The translations under genes and the position numbers were made by a program. Below are positions 1 to 12,823 of a stretch of DNA of 64,000 nt, in pieces (the first letter of the stretch is position 1; each line of letters begins with the position of its first letter). The notes beneath the pieces are model-generated. The model was not told the origin of the DNA, searched no databases, and worked only from the letters and a program-made list of their open reading frames with translations. Source of the stretch: Blepharisma stoltei ATCC 30299 (Eukaryota > Protista > Ciliophora); NCBI GenBank assembly GCA_965603825.1, contig CBFDEM010000046.1, positions 558,001 through 622,000 of the forward strand, written 5' to 3'.

Positions 1-1102
1 TTTTGACGTTGAGCACCAATGATCCTTCTTCTCTTCCATAAGACCCAAAAGCCATCCCTAATATAGTTTCTCCAATACTCAAAGAGTGTAATAGAACTTT
101 ATCTTTATAAAGCCTTATTTCTCCATTAGCTAATGCTACAAGTAGACCTTTGAATACACGAGCTCTTGTGAGCTTTAGCATTTCAATGCAGGAAACTTGT
201 TCAGGCATGTATAGAGTGTAAAGCTTTCTCCCTTTGATGTGGTAACAATGTACTTTTTGGTCAACAGATCCCACAAAAATGCTTCGGTCAATATTAATAA
301 GGCCTACTGAGTGGGTTTCCAGCTCTATGATGCTTGGCATCAGCTGCCCATTTTTTACTGTGTATATATTAGAATCCCTACAAGCCACAAGAATTCGATA
401 CTCACCACTAAAAAGTCCAGCAGTCGATATAAAGGCAGGGACATCTGGCAATACAACTTTTGTAATAATAGCTGAGCCTGTTTTATCTAAAACATACAAA
501 AACTTGTGCTCAGTCCCAATAACAAGCACTGATACTGCATTTTCTAGCTCTTGGTCTAATTTAAGCACTCCCAATGTGGTAATTGACGTATTTTGTACCA
601 GTGGAGTCAACTTAGTCGCTTCAATAAATTCCAGTCTTTCTTCATCTGAGTCATACGATAACAAATCCAAAGACCTATTACTTAGCAAACTCATAGATTC
701 TCTTAAAGAAGATAATCTTGCTATAGCTTCAGTTGGATCCATCCTGCTTTCTTTTAAAGCTTCCCATATAGAAACTTCATCAGGCGGAAGCTCAAGGTTT
801 GGCAATGTAAACTTAAAGAAAGGCCTCGAATTTTTGTAAATAAAAATAAATGAGCCAGACGCCACTGCTAAATTAGGAGGAGCGTCAATTTCTGAATAAT
901 AAATAGCCACTGCTGAAGGGACATCTAGTAACAAACTTTCCCACGCTATAGAAGTCCCACGGTAGACTCGGAGCTTCTTCTTTAAATCAGCGATTACTAA
1001 GTTGTACTCGCCGTCTGACTTTAAATCTCCTAAACACATGCAAGCAGAGGTTGCTTTGAGGCCTGCAACAGGGTCTTGTCAAGAGTTAGTCCAAAGTTCC
1101 AT
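1..1102 (-). CDS. BBS1: Bardet-Biedl syndrome 1 protein (BBSome subunit), 5' part; gene runs off the left edge
   Basis: Not in the ORF track. ATG at 1102 gives MELWTNSW(TGA 1079-1081)QDPVAGLKATSACMCLGDLKSDGEYNLVIADL...PNLAVASGSFIFIYKNSRPFFKFTLP...VLVIGTE, matching BBS1 N-terminal motifs. Confidence 0.9.
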
Positions 1103-1151
1103 TTTTTAAGAAAATATGAAAATACAGTTAAACTTATGCAGAAGTTGGTTA

Positions 1152-2858
1152 TTAATGGGCGTTTTTTCGAAGGCCTTTTCTGGTTCTCCTAGCAATTGGA
1201 CTGGAAAGATTGGTTTTGTGCTTAGGTTTGGATTTGAGAGGCTTTGGAGCTTGCTGGTTTTCTTTATTCTCTGTGTCCTCTTCTTTAATTTTTTGGGTAT
1301 TTTCTTTTATTTCTTTGATAAGTCCAAACTTTTCTTCAATTGGCTGTGGAGCATCTTCAGTTTGTATTGAAATTTCTTCTGTAACAAATGGGTTTAGGTA
1401 AATTTTTGGAATTGTGACTTCTACTATGGTTTCTCTTAAAGGGGATGTGCATGTATCAATACAATTGATATTTTTCTTTAATTTCGAAAGTTTGGAGGCT
1501 CACATTTCGTCCTTTGTTTTCATGATTTCATCATAGTTCTTTATAAGCATGTCTCTTGAAGTTTTATAGAGATCTGATTGTTTTGCAAGCATAGATTCAA
1601 CTTCTTGCGCGATTTTGGATCTAAGCTCAGACTCAAGCTCAAGCTCTCGTTGTTTAACATTTTGGAGCTGCTCTTGTGTTTTCAGCATTTCTTGTCTTTT
1701 AAGCTCTTCAATCTCTTCTTCTTTGGCTCGTAGAAGTTCTTCTAGTTCTTGCAGCCTTGCGATTTCTTGTCCTGGAACATTTCGGTGCTGTCCAAGTTTT
1801 GATTTCATTGGCTTAATTCCAGTTGTTATAGCTCCAAATTTCAAAACGCTAAGGGTTTCTTCAAAATCTTCTTTGCATTGATTAATATTGATAATTAATG
1901 AAATATTTTTATCTTCACCCATTCCAAAGAATTCTGAAAATATTTTGGTTAGTAAAGTGTCTCTAAAAGGGATCATGTCTTTTTTCCCTTTTGACTGATT
2001 GTTTTTGATAGCTTCCAAGCACCGGCCTAGTACACTTAAAGAGTTATTAATGTAGCTAGCCTCTTTTAATCTCTCTCCAACTGTATTAGCTCTTAAGGTG
2101 CGTTCTGCCCCAGCTAAATCTACAATTGCAAATTTGGGAGCATTTTCTCCTTCAAGCATTATCAAAAAAACTGAGTGGCTTCTTGAAGAAACTTGGTTGC
2201 ACGCAGTTTCCGCTAATTTCCTATTATTTAGCCCTAATCTTAGACAATCCATAGCTTCTGTAAAGGTTTGTATGCGTTTCTCACTGATTCCAATAATTTT
2301 CACATTAGAGCTGTCCTGCCTAACTTTCAAAGACTGTCTTTGTTCTTTTTTCGAATATTCTTGCAAAAGATCATAAACCCGATCATTATAAATTTCGAAA
2401 AACTGCACTTTAAAGGTTAAATTCCTATCAATTAAGTCTTTTAAAGCTCTGATAGTAATCCCAGGGTTTTCGTATGTCCCCATAATAGTATGAGTTTTAC
2501 CTGCGTTTGTAATTCCATAAGAAAATAAAAGCGCACTTTTCCCTTTTTCGACAAAATCATTGATAAGAGGATAACAAATTGTAGCTGCAACTTGCTCTTG
2601 AGTGGTGCATGGCCCAAGGATTGAAGTAAATTCAAATTGCTCTATTGCAGTTTCTGAGGCATGGGATGGAGGGTTGATCTTGAGTGAATGAGATGAGGTG
2701 ATTTCATAGATATCGGAAGGTTGAGAGGATACAGGGCGAATTCTGCAGAAAACTTTAATTGGGACGATATCTTCGGTATCTGTAATACTGTCTCGGTCTA
2801 GTGACTTTAATCTTTTGGGATGGCCTTCTTTGCTATCATCGAGCTTTCTTTTATACAT
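1152..2858 (-). CDS. Kinesin motor protein, kinesin-6 (KIF20/KIF23)-like, ~568 aa
   Basis: VFCRIRP, LLFSYGITNAGKTHT, SSRSHSVF, VDLAGAER, IPFRD motifs. ATG at 2858. Reading TGA 1500-1502 as Trp extends the ORF to ...SPIARRTRKGLRKNAH-TAA at 1152. Confidence 0.88.
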
Positions 2859-3750
2859 TTTAAAACACAAACCCGCTATAAAAAGGGAAGGATATTTTAG
2901 AGAAGATATTGAACTTAAAATTTTACAATATGAAATAAGTGAACTCAAGTAGCTTAAATAGAAATGAAAATATTAAGAAAATTAATACTAGGAAATTGTT
3001 TACCACTTATTCATTTAGTAGATTATATAAAAATCATTGTAATCTTTGCTGTAAGGCTTTCTGAATTTTCACATTAATTTAAGCTCCCAATAACCAGAGA
3101 ATAAATGTTTGTAGTTTATTTATTGCATATTTATAGATTTCTTTACTTTATATCAAAAATTGATAAATTCTAAGGAAATGAAAACAGAATGGAAACAAGC
3201 ACTTAGCATTATGTCTTCCTAAATTTAAATCAAATAGTATTTTTGACCAAAATTTATTTGGAGATCCTGCTGCTTTGCCAGAAATTAATAAGGAATTGGA
3301 GCATAACATTCTTCAATGAATACAGAGGATAAGCAGCTTATTTCAAAAATCGCTGGAGCTGTAATTAAAGCTTAGCAGACAAAAAAGACCTCAAGGATTA
3401 TAGGAGGAATTAAAAATATTGGAAAAGATCTATATGCTGTTGCAAAAGCCATCTTGAATTCTATAAATCGACGCTTCAAGAAGCAAGCCTATATTATTAA
3501 GTTGATCAATGCAAATTTCCAATTTTGACTAATAAATGACACCGCAGTCATCTATATCTAAAAAATCAATTAAGCAGTTCAATATACTAAATATTTCAAA
3601 AGCCTATGCACAATCAAATCGTTTTCTAATAAAAATTTTCATATGCATAAGAATGCTTCTTTCTTAAAAAATCCAATCAATCCATCAGTCTCTAATCTAT
3701 TACAAGTCAGGGGAAGTTTTAAAAAATTAAATTACCTATTCTATACTAAT

Positions 3751-4038
3751 ATGGTGGAATCTGCACAAAGAAGATTTGAGGTCAAGAAGTGGAACGCGGT
3801 TGCAATGTGGGCATGGGACATCGAGGTAGAAAACTGTGCAATTTGTAGAACTCATATCAGCGACCCTTGCATCGATTGTCAAGCTAATCAGCAATCAGCT
3901 ACCTCTGAAGAATGCAATGTGGCATGGGGAGTTTGTAATCATGCTTTTCACTTTCACTGCATTTCCCGTTGGTTAAAAACTAGGCATGTATGCCCACTTG
4001 ATAATAGAGATTGGGAATTCCAAAGACTTGGTAAATAA
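3751..4038 (+). CDS. RBX1: RING-box protein 1 (cullin-RING ligase subunit)
   Basis: [23 protein letters not shown]...[30 protein letters not shown]. Likely start is ATG 3751, not 3643. Confidence 0.97.
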   Translation: MVESAQRRFEVKKWNAVAMWAWDIEVENCAICRTHISDPCIDCQANQQSATSEECNVAWGVCNHAFHFHCISRWLKTRHVCPLDNRDWEFQRLGK

Positions 4039-4375
4039 GCTAAACCCTTTAAAGCAATAATAAAATATAAGTCTTGACTAATTAATTCGCTTTAGAACTT
4101 AAAATCTAAGTTTAAAGTGCCAGCTTTTAATTTAGAAATAATATCCAAGCTCAGCTTGGATTTAAATTAGCGAGCGTGCTGATTGCATTTATTAAGAAAA
4201 TACTGAGCTCTTTTAAAGTAAGTTTTATATGAATAGAAGAATTATTAAGAATGCTAAATTACTTCATAAAAGACAATAGAAATAATTGGCTATAAAAATG
4301 CGAATTTATCTATGAAACTATATGTTAGAGTTATAAGAAAAATTATCAATTTCCAATTCAAAAATTTTTGTCAAA

Positions 4376-5641
4376 ATGGATTTCATAGACTCAGACGAAG
4401 AAAATCCCAAAACAGGCTCATGAATCTCCATCAAAAATCTTAAAGCAGCAGCTGACGTGCATTCAGTATATCGCCAACAAAGCCGAGGATCGAGCCCATC
4501 TTCTTCTCCAAACGCTTCGCAGAATTCTAGCATCACAATGGAATGGAAGCCTAATACATATATAAACCAAAGCATTTGTTTTAGCTCAATGCATGATCAT
4601 TATTGTGAAGAAATAATAGACTCAACCCAAACCTTACTGAATGAAAGTGACGAAGGCTTAGCTTATAAACAAGATATCGATGCTATGAGATATTACATTC
4701 AAAGTAAAGAAAGTAAATTAAGGAAGCTACAAAGGAGATATCAACGAGACATTGGGAAATTAAAAGATGAGCTTGCTCAATCCAAAGCTGAGACTGAAGC
4801 AGCCCAAAAAGAAATTTATTTTTTAAATCAAGAAATAGATAGAATGCAACAAGATTTTACTCAGCAGCTGCTTAATAATCAAGCAAGGCATGAAAGAAAA
4901 CTCCAAAGAAGCAAACAAGATTTAGATGCCTTAATATCTGAAAATAACGAAAAAACAGCGATTTTTGTAGCTGAAAAATTAAGGGCGATCCATCAAGCTG
5001 AAATGGATAAGTTGAGGGATGACTATGAAGAACAAATAGAAAGGCTAAGAATGGAGCATGAGCTAGAAATACAGGAAAAAGAAGAAGAGTATGAGAGCAT
5101 AATAAGCAAAGAAAACAACTTCAAAATTGATGAAGAAAGGCTTGAAGAAATGGAAAGGGCACATAAAAAAAATATTGAATCGTTGGAAGACAAATATGAA
5201 GAAGAGATAGAAAGACTAAAAAAACAGATACAAAATATGAAAGAAGAGAGGCCAAAAAAGAATTTAATTATGAAATTTGAAGAAAATAAAATAAATGAAA
5301 AAGAAATTCAAGAACTACAAGAAAAAATCCAAATTTTCCAAGAAGAAGCTCAAGAGCAACGCAGAATTATTGAGCTACAAAAGAAGACCATTGAAGATCT
5401 AAGTAAAGAACTTCAAGGGACTTTTAAAAAACGGCCTGCAAAAAATCTGAAGCTTGAAGCTAGTATTGAAAAAGACTTAGAAAAAGACCTCAAAGGCTTA
5501 ATTGGACAAATAAGGTAATTTCTAGTTAGCAATTATTTGGACACGAGTGATCCAAATACGTCTAGAGATTTTGGTGACACTCTTCGGACTTTGCAAAGCC
5601 GAATTGAGTTTCTTGCAAGCTCAGAAAAGCTGAATTTATAA
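4376..5641 (+). CDS. Long coiled-coil protein, unknown function; 1 intron
   Basis: ATG 4376, TGA=Trp at 4421-4423, E/K/Q-rich heptads. Removing intron 5515-5529 extends the frame to TAA 5639-5641. Confidence 0.8.
5515..5529 (+). other. 15-nt spliceosomal intron GTAATTTCTAGTTAG
   Basis: GT..AG, A at position 10, contains the in-frame TAA that ends the track ORF; removal gives a further 37 sense codons. Confidence 0.85.
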
Positions 5642-5669
5642 GTTAATATGTTTATATAGCTAATTTTTT

Positions 5670-7346
5670 TTAGATTATGCTAGAGCCCACTTTATATTCC
5701 CATGGTCCAAATAGTGCCTCGACTAGTTCATTAGAAAGTCCTGATCCTGTTGAGTTCTTGCAAACTCCCTGCAATACGCTTGTTCCCCACGTAAGCTCAC
5801 AGACAAGATTATTTCTACAAGCAGCATTGCAACTTGAAGAAGGATTGCGGCCTGTATAGTAATTATCCCACCATTGCTGAGCTCCAGTAGCATTGCTAGC
5901 CAAAGAGTTAGCATATTCAAACATAGTCTGAGGAGTTAAATCAGAAACTCCATATAAATCTAGATACGAGTAAGCAAGTTCAAAGGTAGGGGTGACTGTT
6001 GGGTTAAGATTGGCAGCTGCTAAATCTAATCTATATTGATGGACATCAGTGACAAGCTTAGTCACAGTGTCTGCTTCATAGATTCTAAATGAAGGGTTTA
6101 AGCCTTGATAAGTAGTCACACTTGGAGCTACCCATTGAATACTGAGTGGTTCATTAGTTTTTATCCCTCTATTAATATGCCACTCATCATTATGAGTATG
6201 TCCGTAGAACTGTCCTGCAATAATATTAGAATATCTGTCAATCAAAGTGTTAACATGGGCTGCCCAAGCATATAAGCAGTCACCACTTGCAATTGGGATA
6301 TGTGCGTAAAAGTAGACAACTTGACCGCTTTTCTCAGCTTGGCTCAGCTCGTTTTCAAGCCATTCGATTTGTCCCAAAGGATCGGTTACATTTACAAACA
6401 AGAAGAAATTCCCGTTATTGCAAGCTTGGGTGTTAAGTGCTATAAGCTTAAGGTTGGTGCCTGGGTGTACCATAGAATAAGCCCATTTGCTTTTCAAGGT
6501 TGCAATTGCTTGGGCATCAAGCCAGCTTCCCCAGATTTCAGTGACTGGGTTTAAGAACCATGATGAATTTGTAGGGTCTAAAGCGTTTACTGGGAATGGT
6601 CCATGGTTTCCGAACATGTAGTAAACTGGAGTCGTTGGGAAATATTTCTCAAATAGGTTGGCCACAATGGACTGGTATTGCAAGTTATAGGATTGCGACT
6701 GATTCCAGACATCGTGAGGAGGCAAATCTCCAGTGATAATCACAAAGTCTAAGTCTTGGTTGCTCATTTGGCTGATAGCTGTTTCAAGGGTTTTGACTGG
6801 GATATCACAGTTGTAGTCTCCCCAAGACCCTGAAGTTCCAGGTCCATTCCATTCTCTACAGCATAGTGGTAGTCCACAATTGGAATTGGCTCCTTCTTGG
6901 TAAAAGGCATCAATATGTAAATCACTCATGTGCCCGAACTTGAAAGTCCCTTGATTAGAAGGTGTAGGAGCTGGAGCTGATGGCTTGGAGGCAAGTACGT
7001 TGTTTTGCCATTCGGTGAAATTTTCTCTTACATATTTAGGAGAATCGCAAAGTTCGATAGCAGAACAGGCAAAATCTGGGTCGAAATAGCGTCTTGCAAG
7101 ACTTTCTGTTACTATAAGAACATTTTCTTGAATGGCTCCACGGCAGACAGGCTCAGTATACCCATTGAATTTTATGCATATTTCAACAGCGACATCAATA
7201 GGGAAGCTTCATATGTCCGGATTAAGTGTCCATTTCTGGATATACTTGAACGCTTCTCTGCAGACTTCGCATTCTATAAGCTTATTTTTGGTTTCTAAGG
7301 ACCCGAATACTCCTAAGAGCATGCATATTAGGACTAGGGACTTCAT
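5670..7346 (-). CDS. Acid sphingomyelinase-like phosphodiesterase (signal peptide, saposin-B domain, metallophosphoesterase), ~558 aa
   Basis: ATG 7346 MKSLVLICMLLGVFG; saposin cysteines (CEVC...C...C...C...C) with TGA=Trp at 7209-7211; DLHID, TGDLPPHD, GNH, HIP and GHTH motifs; NPSFRIY. Confidence 0.93.
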
Positions 7347-7604
7347 ATTTTATTGTCCATATTTTGGCGACATTAAACATATTTCGAGACTAGTGCTTAT
7401 AATAAATATTTGTGGAGCATTTAAGATTCACCATGCCAAACATAATTTTCAGTTAGAATTTTAATAGGTAATTAAGTTCAACAGTAATACAAAACCTTGA
7501 CCTATGCTTGATGAAGCACAAAGAAATCAAGAATAAATAGCATTTTCAATTAGCATAATATCGCTTTTTACGAATGATGCTGAATTTTCAATTAATTTAA
7601 AGTT

Positions 7605-9749
7605 TTAGTTAACAAGTTTTGATTTTTTATTCAAAAGTTTAAAGTCCTTTGAAAATGCTTTTGCAGTTTTATTGATTTTGTTTATAAGTTTGTCAACATC
7701 AGATTCACATCTCATCGATACTTCCCGTTTCACATATTTTGCACTCGGTCTTACCAAATGAAGCCAGCCTTTTAATAATTTTTTAATTAACCCTTTCATT
7801 TTTTTCAACCGCATAATTCGAATATTTTCTCTTAATTTTACTTGCGCATTGCTTTTGTTTTTTAATGCAAATAGTGTTTTTCTTTTTAAAGAGTCCTTTA
7901 AAAAGTTTTCAGATTTCTTAAACATCTCCTGTTTTTGCATATTATATAGAGTAAACCCTTTAAGAGCTTTAAGTTTCAAATTCCTAGTTTTATAAAAATT
8001 AGCAACCTGCACCCTATGTGTATTCATCGCCAAACTATGTGCTCTTCACATAGAAATTATATTTTTCATTAAATTTCTACTATACTTTAAAACCGAGTTT
8101 TCTTCAAGCTGCTCCAAAGCAGCAATTTTTGCATTTTTCAAGTTTTTTAATATCAAAAACGCTTTTTCTGCCAATTTTAGCTTATATTTCGACTCAGCCC
8201 TTTCTTCTTTCCTCAGTCTTTTATAAAATATATCTTTCCAACTCGAAAATACCACGCATTTTCTTCTATCATTATAAAATTGCACAGCAGGGTCATCATC
8301 GTCATTAAGCAAATCTTCAATGGTCTGGCTAAGTTCTTCTCTTGACATAGAAAAATTCATATCACTCATTTCTCCGTCAAATTCCAGCCTAGAAACAATA
8401 TCTTTGTGCTCTAATTCCTCTTCAATAAACTTATTTGAATTAGGGATTCCAAGCCTATCTTTTAATATATTTTCATGAGGAAACTTCGGTGATAAATAAT
8501 CTGATTTTATTGATTCTAAATCAGCTGTTTGAAGCTGGAGTTTGTCTGCAGGCGATGCAAAATTCTGAGGAAATGAAGGGCTTGAATAGTCTTTTTCAAA
8601 ATGGTGAGGATTTTCAGGGTATGATAATTTATTAGGCGGAGATAGGATACTGTCTGCTGATTCTTCATATATAAATGAAGGCTGAATAGCTACAGAATTT
8701 GATTTTAAAGCAACTTCTGAAGGTAAAATTTCTCTTGTATCGTATAACAACAGTTGAGTTCTATCAATAATTAGAGCTTTAAGCGCAATTGCTTGCTTGT
8801 GAAGAACTGAATATAAAGCTCTTAAATATTCATTATTGCACCCAAATACTGGGAAATGCATCAATGACCCTGGGCAATAGCTCAACTGTGAGAAAAAGAA
8901 TAAATCAGAAGTAATTGCATCTATTGAGCCTTCGTGCTCATATCTTTGCAAAAAACACTGCAAATCAGGAGATCCACGATTGTGAAGATGAAGGATAATT
9001 TCACAATAAATTCATCGATAAATTTTACATACAATTTCTTCTTCGTATTCCTGTGTCATTTCATCGAAATTTTCTCTTATGTTTCTCATAAACTCAAGCA
9101 GCATATACGGTCTTATTTTCTTTTCATAATCTATGTTCCCTAGTTCAGGCATTTCTGGGTATTTATTGACTTCTCTATGATGAAAGCCCATTATTTCTTC
9201 ACTAGATGGCAGTATGTCTGGAGGTAACCTTTCAGCACAAAATTCTATTAATTCGAGCTTGAGATTTAAAAAGCTTAGATTTTGATGCAATTTTATCATT
9301 ATTTGTTCATTTTCATAAAAATAAGGAATCAGCTGCCTAGAAATTTCTTCAGCGTCTTTTATATCTCTTTTTGTAGCCTCATTTATAGTCTCACCATCAA
9401 TTTCACAAATTCTGGGAAAATTTTGGATAATTAAAGGAATGATATTTGGGTGTCTTGCAAGAGGGTTTCCTTTAATGCTGAGGACCATAAGTTTATCTCT
9501 TTTAGAAATTTTTTCAAGCTCTTCAAAGTTTTCAATCAGATTATTCGCAAGATTTAGATGGGTTAGACATATAAATTGATCTATTCCTTCTAAAGTAATT
9601 AATTGATTATATGATAAATCAAGCTGAGAAACTGTATGAAATTTTGAATCGATTTTATCAATAGCCTCAATGTCTCTAAATGTCAGTTCTATTTTATTGC
9701 TTTCATTAAATCCTTTTACTAAAAAATCTGAAAGTTTTTTCGCCTCCAT
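7605..9749 (-). CDS. N-terminal leucine-rich-repeat protein with C-terminal Sfi1-like helical repeats, ~714 aa
   Basis: Three track ORFs in one frame joined by TGA at 9012-9014 and 8046-8048. LRRs (LDLSYNQL, LNLANNLI, LSIKGNPL, IDG). C-terminal repeats such as RKCVVFSSWK, LMKNIISMW(TGA)R, LIKKLLKGWL. Confidence 0.82.
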
Positions 9750-9865
9750 CTTCAATTTAAATTATATTTTGGCTCAGCTATTATTTATTGATAATATATA
9801 TTGACAAAATCTTGAAAATAAGCATTAATTAGAAATTATTGAAAAATTTTGTATAATCTCAAAAT

Positions 9866-12823
9866 TTAAAGTGGGCTTTTGTCGCCAGTTGGCTTAAAAT
9901 GTGGATTTTCACCGGTTGATAAAGACTGCCTCAGAGGGCAATGATAAAACATTCGTTTTAAGCCCATTGGTGTTTGCATCGGCAGATTAAGGGTTTGGTT
10001 TACCAGGTTTTTGATTTCTGCAAAACTTGTTTTTGATAGTGGCTTCTTATCTAATTGGACTGACTCTTGCAGTTCCATAAATTTATGAATCCATTCTCCC
10101 AGCAGCTTATTTAAATTAATAACCTCAGATTGTTTCCTAGCCAGCTCTTTTTCACAATTATTTTTCAACTCAGAGAAAAACAGTTTCCATCTTTCTCTTT
10201 CGTTCTTTTGAGCTAGAAGGATTTTTTGCTCAAAATCATTTAATAATTTTTGGTACATTGCAGCTTGATTTTTATTTAGTTCGTTGCTCTTTTTTAATTC
10301 AGTATTGTAAAGTCTTTGCATCTCTAAACTCGTTTCTAATGCTTTGCTTTTCATTGTCAAGTTCAGTGGTTCTTGTGATTCAGTTTCAATATATGAACAA
10401 ATTGATAACTCAGAGCTTTTTTCACAATGCTCAGCAAATGTTTTTTTATTCCTTGGAGTCTGATATTTCTTTGACGGTCTTGGAGTAAAAGGTTTAAGTA
10501 TCACCGGCTTTGGGACTAATAAATTTTCAGTATTAAAAGACATTTTACAAGGATTTGGCTCTCCGAGCTCTGATAGTTTGGCTATATGAAGAAATGAATC
10601 ATGAAGATAATCAATCATTTCTTCAAGAGCCTTAATTTGTTCTTGCTGGTGTTTGCATAAATTCCTCTTTACTTCATACTTGTGTTTAATTAATTCTAAT
10701 TTCCATTCCAAAGAATAAATTGATCTTGTCATGTTGGAGTTTATCATGCTTGCTTGGACAACTTGATTTTTCAACTGGAAAATAGCGAAATCTTTGCTGA
10801 GCTCTGCGTTTTCTTCAATAGCACTTTTTATTTCAGAAGTATAGTGATTTTGGCTTAATAATTTTTCTTGGTCTATTGAGATATATTTTGTTATGGTTGT
10901 AATATTAATATCTCCAAGCGTCTCATCTGTGACGATGCTTGATGCATCTTTTACTAAGCTTGATTCTGAAATTTCATCAAATTCTATGCAAGTGCTTTCC
11001 TTCATATTTTTACTATTTTCAATAAAAGCTTTATATCTTTGGTCTAAGTCTTGCAAAGCATGGGCTAGCTTATTTATTTGTAAAGTTGCATGCTCATTTT
11101 GCTGCTTTAATAACCTACTTTCTTCAGCATCTTTATTTATTAGAAGCATACTTTTATGATAATGCTCATAATATTCATGAGCTTTTTGCTCTGCTTTAAG
11201 TTGTTTTTCTTTGGATTTTGCGAGCTTTTTTTCTAATTCACTGATTTTTTCGAAATATAGGCTATTTTCTTTTTTCAGCATATTTACTTTCTTTCTTAGC
11301 CTTTCCAACTCGCGTTCATAATTTTCATAGACTGTAGGAATTTTTTCACATCCCGGACTAGGGAAAAAATAATCATCAGAAGTTCTTTCTTGAGGCACAA
11401 TAAATGAGGATTGCAAAGAGTCACCTTCATATATAGAAAACGGTATTTTCTTAACTGTGTCTTCAGTAGAAATTTGCAGATCTTCGAGACACACATTCAC
11501 TTTTAAGTCTCCACCTGAATTAGGACGCTTATGCTTGGATTCTGGAGTTTCAATAGATTTGTAGCTCCTTATAGGAGCAGGTGATTGGCATACGCTTGAT
11601 TTTGTATCAGTACAAGATGTGGTTGATTCTTTTTCTGCTCGGAGCATTTGGATCTCACTTCTGGCTGAGCTTAATTCAAGCTTTAATTGTTCAATTATTA
11701 AATTAATGCTGTCAGGTGAATTTTTGAAATTTATTGACACTTTATTTTGTATATTTTTTGCTCTCATTGCAAATTTTAGGGTGTTTAATGTTTCTTCTTG
11801 AGATCTAGGTGAAGGTGAGCAGGCTACTATCAGTGTAGTTTTATAGTTTCCACCTAATGATTCTTGAAGAAGCCTTGTTAATTTTGAATCTCGATAAGGA
11901 ATATGGTCAGAATTAGAAATGAGAGCGTGGATCACATTTCCTAGCGCTGACAATGAGAGGTTTATTTTTTTTGCCTCTTCTAGTTTATTTCCAGTAACTC
12001 CTGATCTATTGACATTTTCGCTCCCAGCTAAATCAATTAGATTTAATTTTCCTTTTTTCTCGCTATCATTAGGCAACTTTTGGCTTACTTCAGTGATAAA
12101 AATTAAATGAGACCTAGACGATGTGCTATTTAATCTTGTAGAAGCTACAGTTCTCATTTGTTCCCCTAGTGCTAAGACCTCAAGCATGTCTTTTTCTGAA
12201 GTGATGCAGACTTCAGTCAGCCCATGGACATATATTCCTCTTCTAGGGCATTGTTTAATTTTAAGATTCACATGTTGGTGCTGTAACAAATCCCGTAAAG
12301 TTTCTTTATAAATTTCAAGCATTGAGCATTTTAATGTATACTCAACCTCTCCATAATCAGAATTAACTGTCTCAAAAATTTGAGATGCTGCTCTCGGGAT
12401 AACACCTCTAAACTCTTCGTCAAAAATATCTTTGCCCATCATTGTATGTGTCTTCCCTGACCCTGTTTGTCCATATGCAAAAATTGTGCCGTTGTAGCCA
12501 CTTAGTACATCTTCAATTGTGGGCTTGCCAAGCAGCTCATAAACTTCACTTTGGGTTGATTGAGGAGTGAATATATGGTCAAGCGTGAAAGATTCTGTGT
12601 CTTTGCCTAGGCCGATTGAAACGGTTTGGTCGGAAATAAATGTTATTAAATTTTTGTTTTCAGATAGACTCTGAATATTACTTACCATTTCAAAATCAAT
12701 TAATGGTCTGAACCTTCCAATCACCTTAATACTTGTGCTACGAGCTGTGTTTTGACTTGTAGTCAAATCTGAAGTTTGGCTAAGCGAGGTACGAATTGTT
12801 AAATTTTTTAAGTTCCTTGACAT
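9866..12823 (-). CDS. Kinesin heavy chain (kinesin-1-like) motor plus coiled coil; probable in-frame intron
   Basis: GYNGTIFAYGQTGSGKTHTM, SSRSH, LIDLAGSE, INLSLSALGNVI, HIPYRDSKLTRLLQESLGGN. Confidence 0.93.
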   Translation of the reverse strand: MSRNLKNLTIRTSLSQTSDLTTSQNTARSTSIKVIGRFRPLIDFEMVSNIQSLSENKNLITFISDQTVSIGLGKDTESFTLDHIFTPQSTQSEVYELLGKPTIEDVLSGYNGTIFAYGQTGSGKTHTMMGKDIFDEEFRGVIPRAASQIFETVNSDYGEVEYTLKCSMLEIYKETLRDLLQHQHVNLKIKQCPRRGIYVHGLTEVCITSEKDMLEVLALGEQMRTVASTRLNSTSSRSHLIFITEVSQKLPNDSEKKGKLNLIDLAGSENVNRSGVTGNKLEEAKKINLSLSALGNVIHALISNSDHIPYRDSKLTRLLQESLGGNYKTTLIVACSPSPRSQEETLNTLKFAMRAKNIQNKVSINFKNSPDSINLIIEQLKLELSSARSEIQMLRAEKESTTSCTDTKSSVCQSPAPIRSYKSIETPESKHKRPNSGGDLKVNVCLEDLQISTEDTVKKIPFSIYEGDSLQSSFIVPQERTSDDYFFPSPGCEKIPTVYENYERELERLRKKVNMLKKENSLYFEKISELEKKLAKSKEKQLKAEQKAHEYYEHYHKSMLLINKDAEESRLLKQQNEHATLQINKLAHALQDLDQRYKAFIENSKNMKESTCIEFDEISESSLVKDASSIVTDETLGDINITTITKYISIDQEKLLSQNHYTSEIKSAIEENAELSKDFAIFQLKNQVVQASMINSNMTRSIYSLEWKLELIKHKYEVKRNLCKHQQEQIKALEEMIDYLHDSFLHIAKLSELGEPNPCKMSFNTENLLVPKPVILKPFTPRPSKKYQTPRNKKTFAEHCEKSSELSICSYIETESQEPLNLTMKSKALETSLEMQRLYNTELKKSNELNKNQAAMYQKLLNDFEQKILLAQKNERERWKLFFSELKNNCEKELARKQSEVINLNKLLGEWIHKFMELQESVQLDKKPLSKTSFAEIKNLVNQTLNLPMQTPMGLKRMFYHCPLRQSLSTGENPHFKPTGDKSPL
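12671..12685 (-). other. Probable 15-nt in-frame, stop-less intron GTAAGTAATATTCAG
   Basis: Matches the intron consensus (GTAAG, A10, CAG); reads VSNIQ if retained. Confidence 0.7.

Noticed and set aside
279-839. 186-aa plus-strand ORF and other antisense or overlapping track ORFs (e.g. 20214-21038, 45375-45920, 50800-51294)
   Set aside because: Shadows of well-supported genes on the opposite strand or in another frame; no motifs.
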